Positions 10,477-16,857 of a DNA stretch of 64,000 bases are shown here, in pieces. Source of the DNA: Fidelibacterota bacterium (GTDB taxonomy: Bacteria; Fidelibacterota; UBA2242); contig JBNGDF010000012.1 in NCBI GenBank assembly GCA_049975265.1, positions 1,513 through 65,512 on the forward strand, in the 5' to 3' direction. Each line of letters opens with the position of its first letter. Within the stretch, counting starts at the first letter, position 1. Under the pieces are notes generated by a model that worked only from the letters and a program-made list of their open reading frames with translations, did no database searches and had not been told where the DNA came from. Made by a program: the position numbers and the translations under genes.

Positions 10477-11248
10477 GATTCATTCCTAACGCTTTTTGCA
10501 TGACACCCACCGGCGCTTTTTCACCGGTAAAAATCTCAAAGGCTTTGACGCCCTGATAGAGCAGCATTTCCAGTCCGTTTACGCAGCGAATTTCGCCGCA
10601 CTGCCGTAGGGAAAATTTGTAATTCAGGTCCAGATACAACGAACCCCTTTGCATGAAAGGGGTTACGTCGTCCTGAAAATCAACCGGGCTGGCATTGATC
10701 ACCATAGCAGTGTTATTGAGAGTGGTCTGAAGAGCATCGGTGGCGATGACCGTCGCCGTCTTGTAGTGCGACGCCAGCGCCTCCGCCTTGGACCTTTCAA
10801 TGTCATGGAGATACAGTCGTTCGGGCTGGTACTGATTCAGCACCCAGGCGGCGGCTTTCGCTACTCCGCCGGCGCCGATCATGAGCACTTTTTTGCCACG
10901 CAGATCGATCCTGGTGTGTTCCAGCAAAATCCGGAAACCGTAGATGTCGGTATTGTATCCGGAGAGACCATCCTCATCGAAGACGACCGTGTTGACGGCA
11001 CCCACCTCCTGCGCTTCTTTAGCTATGCGATTGAGAAAGAGCAATACCGTTTCTTTGTGTGGGTTTGTAACGTTTACTCCCCTGCAGCCGATTACCCGGA
11101 GGGCGTCCAGGACGTCCTTCAGCCGGGTCGGTTCCACAGGTATCCGGAGATAGGCGCCGTCAATTTTTTTCGCCTGAAATGCCGCATTATGCATGCGGGG
11201 CGAATAGGTCGTTTCCAGCGGATAGCCGATAATGCCGGTAATCAGCAC
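10469..11248 (-). CDS. aroE: shikimate dehydrogenase
   Basis: 259 aa. GIIGYPLETTYSPRMHNAAF..., NVTNPHK, and the NADP fold GAGGVAKAAA. Confidence 0.85.
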   Translation of the reverse strand: MLITGIIGYPLETTYSPRMHNAAFQAKKIDGAYLRIPVEPTRLKDVLDALRVIGCRGVNVTNPHKETVLLFLNRIAKEAQEVGAVNTVVFDEDGLSGYNTDIYGFRILLEHTRIDLRGKKVLMIGAGGVAKAAAWVLNQYQPERLYLHDIERSKAEALASHYKTATVIATDALQTTLNNTAMVINASPVDFQDDVTPFMQRGSLYLDLNYKFSLRQCGEIRCVNGLEMLLYQGVKAFEIFTGEKAPVGVMQKALGMNHD

Positions 11249-11251
11249 ACT

Positions 11252-12367
11252 CTACTCCTTTCCTGAAATTTCCTCTCTGTTTAACCACTCCTTTGACCTG
11301 CACATGCTCTGAACGAAACGCTCCGGTTGATCGTTCATAACACAATCTATAAGAGCTGTCATAGCCTGTTGCATCTGCTCGTAAAGCTCTTTTTTAAAGG
11401 GATTATATTTCTGAATTAAATAATAGAGCTCCGGGTTTTCATTGATTACACTGGAAGCCGTCGCCATTTGCGAGAGAAAGGTGGTGCTGGCAATGTCGCG
11501 CATCTCGCTGTAGCGGAATCCGCTCCCCGCCAGAATTTTCATATAGATAATATTGCTGATATGCGAGAGCCCCAGCACGTAGGAAATCGCCCGGTCATGG
11601 GTGTCCAGCGCCAGGTCGACACTTCGGGCGGCGGTGTCTCTGAAAAAGGCTTTCGCCCGGTTCAGCGCTTCCGAACTGCCGCAATTGCAGTAGCAGACCA
11701 CCTTGTCCGAAAGGGTGCGCACACTCGGTCCGAACATGGGGTGAATACTGGTAATCAGGAGTCCCCGCTGCCGGGCTCGTTCGATCGCCTCCCGCAGATG
11801 ACCCTTGATGCTGGCGATGTCGAATACCAGCCCCCGGAAATTCAGGTCTGCGATCCGCATGATCATTTCGGGCACCGCATCCAGCGATACGGCAATCACG
11901 GTGCAGCTGGCGCGCGCCAGCCCCTCTTCCAGCGTCGCCACCGCCTTAAATCCCGGTGCCGTCTCCACGATATCATAGACCAGTACCTCGTGTCCCTGGG
12001 TCTCAAAAAAAGAGGCGAGCCAGTGCCCCATTTCACCGGCACCGCCTACAATCAGGATGGTTTCCTTGTCACCGCTGTAGGCGCTGTAATGCTGCCGTTC
12101 CTGTTGCGTCCGGGACTCGCCGATCAGCAGCTGCATGACCGCTTTGACAAAATCCGGCGACAGATTCAAGTCCCGGGCAACCGCCCCGGCATTTTCCATG
12201 ACCGCTTTTTCCACCTGGTAGTTCAGGAGCGGTAGACCGGCGGCTTTTTTAATCTGCCCGATGGTATGAGTCAGTTCGAGACGCCTGCCCACCAGCCGGA
12301 TAATCTCCCGGTCCACCCGGCGCACTTCGTCGCGCATCTCTTCCAGTTTTTCCATAACCTCTTTCAC
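11252..12367 (-). CDS. tyrA: bifunctional chorismate mutase / prephenate dehydrogenase (T-protein)
   Basis: The N-terminal 90 aa form an AroQ-class chorismate mutase helix bundle (LEEMRDEVRRVDREIIRLVGRRLEL...). The remainder has a Rossmann fold (ILIVGGAGEMGHW) and a prephenate dehydrogenase domain. RBS AAGAGG. Confidence 0.8.
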   Translation of the reverse strand: MKEVMEKLEEMRDEVRRVDREIIRLVGRRLELTHTIGQIKKAAGLPLLNYQVEKAVMENAGAVARDLNLSPDFVKAVMQLLIGESRTQQERQHYSAYSGDKETILIVGGAGEMGHWLASFFETQGHEVLVYDIVETAPGFKAVATLEEGLARASCTVIAVSLDAVPEMIMRIADLNFRGLVFDIASIKGHLREAIERARQRGLLITSIHPMFGPSVRTLSDKVVCYCNCGSSEALNRAKAFFRDTAARSVDLALDTHDRAISYVLGLSHISNIIYMKILAGSGFRYSEMRDIASTTFLSQMATASSVINENPELYYLIQKYNPFKKELYEQMQQAMTALIDCVMNDQPERFVQSMCRSKEWLNREEISGKE

Positions 12368-12382
12368 TTGTCATTAAAACCA

Positions 12383-12415
12383 AAACGCGGGTCTTTTCAG
12401 GCCCGCGGTTTTTAT
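12383..12415 (-). terminator. attenuator terminator hairpin upstream of tyrA (CGCGGG-loop-CCCGCG + U4GGU4)
   Basis: Minus strand reads AAAAACCGCGGGCCUGAAAAGACCCGCGUUUUGGUUUU. It sits 16 nt upstream of the tyrA RBS. An upstream GGUCCGCGG inside the leader ORF can pair with the 5' arm in a 9-bp antiterminator. Confidence 0.55.
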
Positions 12416-12431
12416 TCTTTTTCTGATTTGC

Positions 12432-12530
12432 TTAATGGTTTCGAATCCGCGGACCTGGCTCAATTTGCCCATTAAAATAGTAATATGTGGTGTAATTCAG
12501 AGGCATATTGAGCAGTTCACGCTTCATCAT
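12432..12530 (-). CDS. Tyr-rich leader peptide (32 aa, MMKRELLNMPLNYTTYYYFNGQIEPGPRIRNH) of tyrA-aro operon attenuator
   Basis: Not in the ORF track. Minus-strand ORF ATGATG...TAA has 4 Tyr codons plus 1 Phe codon in 7 consecutive positions. It ends 17 nt before a terminator hairpin that lies just upstream of tyrA. A TTTACA-17-TATATT promoter is directly upstream. Confidence 0.55.
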   Translation of the reverse strand: MMKRELLNMPLNYTTYYYFNGQIEPGPRIRNH

Positions 12531-12687
12531 GCACCAAATATAGGATTGAAAATCCTTAGTGTAAAGAAAATTTTTTCAAGGAGCCGTTTTTTTACACCGG
12601 GATAATTATTACTCCCCGGATGCCCGAAACAGTAACCGGATGGAGTCCGGCTGCGATGCTACTGACCACAGCCGGACTTTCCGGATG

Positions 12688-14055
12688 CTATTTCCCATTT
12701 AGCGGCAGATGATCGAGAGCCGCCCGGATTTTCTCTTCGGGATATTCGTAATCCTCCAGTTTTCCGGACAGGTAGGCGTCGTAAGCCGCCATGTCCACAT
12801 GCCCGTGACCGCTCAAGCCGATCAGGATCGTCTTCGACTCGCCAGCCTCTTTACATTTCAGCGCCTCATCAATGGCGACCCGCACGGCATGGTCGGTTTC
12901 CGGTGCGCAGATGATCCCTTCGTTGCGGGCAAACTGCAGCCCGGCTTCGAAGGTTCCCAGCTGGTGCACCGCGGTGGCTTCCACCAGCCCCAGCTTATGC
13001 AGATGCGTCACAATCGGCGCCATGCCGTGATAGCGCAACCCACCCGCATGTACCGGCGGCGGCATGAATTCATGTCCCAGGGTGAACATTTTCAGCAGCG
13101 GTGTCATACCGGCTTCGTCACCGTAGTCATAAGCGTATAATCCCTTGGTCAGCGTCGGGCAGCTGGTGGGTTCCACATTGATAATCCGCAGGTCCGGTTT
13201 CTTACCGTCCAGTTTGTCCTTTAAAAAGGGCAGATAGAGTCCTGCGGCATTGGAGCCGCCGCCCACGCAGCCGACGATGATATCGGGGTAATCACCGATA
13301 TCTTCCATCATGGTTTTGGTTTCCTGCCCTATAATCGTCTGGTGCAGCAGCACGTGATTCAGCACGCTGCCCAGTGAGTAATGGGTGTCATCCCGGGAAA
13401 CCGCGTCCTCCACCGCCTCGCTGATTGCCAGACCGAGACTGCCGGGGCAATCCGGGTCCTCTGCCAGGATTTTCCGTCCCACCGCCGTTTCATCACTGGG
13501 GCTGGGTATGCAATTGCCGCCCCAGGTCTCCATCATGATACGACGATAGGGCTTCTGGTAAAAGCTGCATTTGACCATATAGACTTTGATTTCCAGCCCG
13601 AACAGCGCTCCGCCAAAGGATAGCGCGCTGCCCCACTGACCGGCGCCGGTCTCGGTGGTGATCCGCTTGATGCCCTCTTTTTTATTGTAATATGCCTGAG
13701 CGACGGCGGTGTTGGGCTTGTGGCTGCCGGGCGGGCTGGTGCCTTCGTACTTGTAATAGATTTTTGCCGGGGTGTCCAGAGCCTTTTCCAGACGCCGGGC
13801 GCGGTAGAGTATCGTCGGACGCCATAGCCTGAATATATCCTGCAGCTCTTCGGGAATCTCAATATAGCGCTCGGAACTCATCTCCTGCCTGATCAGCTCC
13901 ATGGGAAAGAGCGGTGCCAGATCTTCAGGTCCCAGTGGCTGTTTGGTGCCCGGATGCAGTGGCGGCGGCAGCGGCGCCGGCAGGTCTGGCAACACATTAT
14001 ACCAGTGTGTCGGCATTCGTTTTTCGTCCAAAATGTACTTCGTCTGTTCCATCAT
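12688..14055 (-). CDS. trpB: tryptophan synthase beta chain, TrpB2 type
   Basis: 455 aa PLP enzyme with the N-terminal extension typical of TrpB2 ([10 protein letters not shown]..., [16 protein letters not shown]). RBS GGAG. Confidence 0.85.
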   Translation of the reverse strand: MMEQTKYILDEKRMPTHWYNVLPDLPAPLPPPLHPGTKQPLGPEDLAPLFPMELIRQEMSSERYIEIPEELQDIFRLWRPTILYRARRLEKALDTPAKIYYKYEGTSPPGSHKPNTAVAQAYYNKKEGIKRITTETGAGQWGSALSFGGALFGLEIKVYMVKCSFYQKPYRRIMMETWGGNCIPSPSDETAVGRKILAEDPDCPGSLGLAISEAVEDAVSRDDTHYSLGSVLNHVLLHQTIIGQETKTMMEDIGDYPDIIVGCVGGGSNAAGLYLPFLKDKLDGKKPDLRIINVEPTSCPTLTKGLYAYDYGDEAGMTPLLKMFTLGHEFMPPPVHAGGLRYHGMAPIVTHLHKLGLVEATAVHQLGTFEAGLQFARNEGIICAPETDHAVRVAIDEALKCKEAGESKTILIGLSGHGHVDMAAYDAYLSGKLEDYEYPEEKIRAALDHLPLNGK

Positions 14056-14097
14056 TCACTCCTCTGTTTAGATTTATGGATTTCCTCTGACTGTCAT

Positions 14098-14132
14098 ATA
14101 ACAAAAATCGCGGGCTTTTTCAGGTCCGCGAT
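14098..14132 (-). terminator. attenuator terminator hairpin in trpB leader (AUCGCGG-loop-CCGCGAU + U5GUU)
   Basis: Minus strand reads AUCGCGGACCUGAAAAAGCCCGCGAUUUUUGUUAUAU, about 45 nt upstream of the trpB start. Near-identical to the tyrA-leader hairpin. Upstream CAGGU...CGAUC can form an alternative antiterminator. Confidence 0.5.
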
Positions 14133-14155
14133 CTATTTTGCTATGGTTTTTTGAC

Positions 14156-14248
14156 TTACTGTCGATGCCCGATCGGCAAACCTGAAAAGATATCTGCCTG
14201 GTGCCACCACCAGTTCCAGGTATTGTTTATTGTCAGGTTCGCTCGCAT
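14156..14248 (-). CDS. Trp-rich leader peptide (30 aa, MRANLTINNTWNWWWHQADIFSGLPIGHRQ) of trpB attenuator
   Basis: Not in the ORF track. Minus-strand ORF with four TGG codons in five consecutive positions (W-N-W-W-W). The stop is followed 25 nt later by a terminator hairpin, then trpB. CCUGG...CCAGG flanks the Trp codons. Confidence 0.55.
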   Translation of the reverse strand: MRANLTINNTWNWWWHQADIFSGLPIGHRQ

Positions 14249-14302
14249 CGGCAGTTAATATAAACCGAAAATCCAAAAACACAAAAGAAAATTTCTTTTT
14301 CA

Positions 14303-14368
14303 AACCTTCGGAAGGTTTTCACAAGCCCCGCTCGTATCAAATCTCTTCCGTCAAAACTTCCGAAGGTT
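14303..14368. promoter_or_regulatory. two copies (one perfect, one degenerate) of 15-bp palindrome AACCTTCGGAAGGTT upstream of secreted-protein gene
   Basis: Perfect 7-1-7 palindrome at 14303-14317. A degenerate copy AACTTCCGAAGGTT lies at 14355-14368, 52 bp away. The same motif family is arrayed at 16650-16790. Confidence 0.45.
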
Positions 14369-14494
14369 GTATAAAGAAAGTCTTGCATTTTTTCGGTTTT
14401 TTTACATATTTCATAAGGAGAAATCGACATAATTATTCCTTCCGGGAAAATTTGCAGGAAAAGGTTTTGTGAATTATTTAACGAGGGGGAGACA

Positions 14495-16543
14495 ATGAAA
14501 AGAACCACGTACATACTATTGGTAGCCGGACTGCTCATCGCAGTGAGCGGGATGGTGATGGGGCAGACAGAGTTGCTGGAAAATGGAGGTTTTGAATCCT
14601 GGGATGACACTTCAACACCAGCTGGCTGGGATCACATTGAAAGTATCACACAAGAAGCAACTGAAGTCAGATCTGGTTCTTATTCGGCAAAGCATGTAGG
14701 AGGAACCAAAGATTTAGGCCAATATATTGCTGTTACTGGAGGAAAATCATATACTGTTACTCTTTGGTATAAGGTAACTGCAGGCGATGGTACTGACGCA
14801 AGAATTTGGTCATATTGGAGAAGTAGCGGTTCTAATCTGGATGATAATGCTAGTGAATTAAGAGGTCCAAATAATTCATATTTTGATAACAATGGTGGTG
14901 TCTGGACACAGTATACCGTTACATTGGATGCTCCGCTTTCCGCGGATGAATTTTATTTTGAGGTTAGAACATATTCTGGTGCTACTGTTTACTGGGATGA
15001 TTTTTCGTTTCTTGAAAATTCAGTATCTTCGGATCCAGAACCAACAAATCATGTCAGCAGCTTTTCAGCAAGTCTAAATGGCTATAGTGCCATTGACCTT
15101 ACCTGGTTAGATAACGATGGGACGGATGTTGCTTTAGGATTTTTAATATTGGCAAACACAAGTGGTTCTTTTACTGATCCAGTTGATGGAACACCTCAAG
15201 CAGATGACACCGATCTTAGCGACGGTTCCGGAGTAAAAAATATTGCCCATGGTGTTCAATCATATACATTTACCGGATTAACTGCAGAAACAACTTACTA
15301 TTTCAAAATTTATCCCTATAGCAATGTGAGTGAAAATATTAATTATAAAACGGAAGGGGATGTTCCAAGTGCAAGCGCCACAACTGAAACACTTCCCAAC
15401 GCCTGGATCAATGAGATCCATTATGATAATGATGGTAGCGATGTAAATGAGGGGGTTGAGATTATCATTGAAAATCCTGGTGATTACACGCTATCGTCTT
15501 TTACTGTCACATTATACAATGGAAATGGCGGAGCGTCTTATGGTTCAGAAACATTAGATAATTTTACCGTAGGAAACTCTCAAGGAGATTTTACAATTTA
15601 TTATAATACTTCAGCATGGGGAAGTGGAATTCAAAATGGAGCTCCAGATGGTCTTGCATTATCCTATCAGGGACATTTAATTCAATTCCTGAGTTATGAA
15701 GGTACATTTACTGCTACCGATGGTCCGGCTAATGGCATTACTTCAACTGATATAGGTGTCAGCCAAAGTGGATCTGATCCTGTTGGTGAAACTCTCCAAC
15801 TCATAGGCGGCGGTACACAATACTCAGATTTCACTTGGGGCAGTTCTACATACCCTGCAACCTGGGGCGCTCCGAATAATGATGGAAGTACCGATCAATC
15901 CCTCCCCGTCGAGCTGAATGGTTTCAATGCCGTTCCTGGCAACGGCGAGGTGACGCTCTCCTGGACCACCGAATCCGAGACGGAAAACCTGGGATTTATC
16001 ATTCAAAGGAGACAGGAAACAACCTGCCTGACTGCGCAGAGCGGTCAGGGAGAATGGAAACTGGTAGCGGACTATACGACCGATGAAACCTTAGCCGGGC
16101 AGGGCAGTACTTCCGAAGCCCATGAATATACATACACCGACGCGCAGGTTGTGCCGGGCGCAACTTATCTCTATCGCCTCGGCGATGTGGATTACAGCGG
16201 TAAGGTTACGTGGCATAAAGAGGTCGAGGTTAAGGTTGAGGTTGAGGATGAGCAGGTGCCAGTGGTTTTCAGCTTAAAACCGGCGTATCCGAATCCCTTT
16301 AATCCGGAAACCACGCTGCGCTTTCAGCTGGGCGAAGCCTCCCATGTTCGGGTTCAGGTGTATGATCTGCTGGGCAACCTGGTGACGACGCTGACCGATG
16401 GGCGCTATCAGGTCGGGCGCTACAACCTGCACTGGAACGGATGCGATGACCGGGGACGCCTGTCCTCCAGCGGAGTCTATTTCATTTATATCAGCAGCAG
16501 CACCGGTTTTACGAGTACGCAAAAGGTTGTCTTTCTGCGCTGA
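14495..16543 (+). CDS. secreted multidomain protein with T9SS C-terminal sorting domain (lamin-tail-like / FN3-like modules)
   Basis: Signal peptide MKRTTYILLVAGLLIAVSGMVMGQ. C-terminal PNPFNPETTLRFQL...VYFIYISS...VVFLR is a T9SS-type CTD. RBS GAGGGGGAG. The N-terminal two thirds are markedly lower in GC than the C-terminus. Confidence 0.7.
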   Translation: MKRTTYILLVAGLLIAVSGMVMGQTELLENGGFESWDDTSTPAGWDHIESITQEATEVRSGSYSAKHVGGTKDLGQYIAVTGGKSYTVTLWYKVTAGDGTDARIWSYWRSSGSNLDDNASELRGPNNSYFDNNGGVWTQYTVTLDAPLSADEFYFEVRTYSGATVYWDDFSFLENSVSSDPEPTNHVSSFSASLNGYSAIDLTWLDNDGTDVALGFLILANTSGSFTDPVDGTPQADDTDLSDGSGVKNIAHGVQSYTFTGLTAETTYYFKIYPYSNVSENINYKTEGDVPSASATTETLPNAWINEIHYDNDGSDVNEGVEIIIENPGDYTLSSFTVTLYNGNGGASYGSETLDNFTVGNSQGDFTIYYNTSAWGSGIQNGAPDGLALSYQGHLIQFLSYEGTFTATDGPANGITSTDIGVSQSGSDPVGETLQLIGGGTQYSDFTWGSSTYPATWGAPNNDGSTDQSLPVELNGFNAVPGNGEVTLSWTTESETENLGFIIQRRQETTCLTAQSGQGEWKLVADYTTDETLAGQGSTSEAHEYTYTDAQVVPGATYLYRLGDVDYSGKVTWHKEVEVKVEVEDEQVPVVFSLKPAYPNPFNPETTLRFQLGEASHVRVQVYDLLGNLVTTLTDGRYQVGRYNLHWNGCDDRGRLSSSGVYFIYISSSTGFTSTQKVVFLR

Positions 16544-16593
16544 TTATTACGCCCGTTAGTCCCCCGGATTTTCGGGGGTGACTATCCACAACG

Positions 16594-16622
16594 CCCCCGG
16601 CTACATCCGGGGGTATTTTTTA
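16594..16622 (+). terminator. rho-independent terminator
   Basis: CCCCCGGCTACATCCGGGGG hairpin followed by TATTTTTTAT. A second GC hairpin (16561-16578) precedes it. Confidence 0.65.
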
Positions 16623-16649
16623 TGATACTAATGATCGTTTGTCCCTGAT

Positions 16650-16790
16650 AACCTTCCGAAGGTTTTTACAAGAATTTTATACCAGTCTGAGCATCTCACT
16701 AAAACCTTCGGAAGGTTATAATAAGAATCCTGTTCTAGTCTGACCATTACACTAAAACCTTCGGAAGGTTTCCGTATCCTGTGACAAAAA
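16650..16790. repeat. three tandem ~53-bp direct repeats each headed by the palindrome AACCTTC(C/G)GAAGGTT
   Basis: Palindromes at 16650, 16703 and 16756 with exact 53-bp spacing. The units share AAGAAT...AGTCTGA...CAT..CACTAA. They lie upstream of the endonuclease I cargo gene. Confidence 0.55.
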
Positions 16791-16857
16791 TCGTTTTATT
16801 CCAACAAAAATCGCCGTAAACTTCACTGTTGACATCTAAGAATATCCAAAGGGACTC

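Noticed and set aside
12440-12470. Possible T-box riboswitch (AAUUGAGCCAGGUCCGCGG resembles the T-box AAUUAGGGUGGUACCGCGG)
   Set aside because: The UGGN tRNA-acceptor pairing tetrad is absent. A Tyr-codon leader peptide ending right here explains the antiterminator better. T-box elements also need a specifier-loop stem I, not evident.
16650-16790. CRISPR array
   Set aside because: Only three units, contiguous with no unique spacers, about 70% identical rather than exact, and no cas genes. Better explained as tandem regulatory repeats. No CRISPR-like arrays seen elsewhere in the window.
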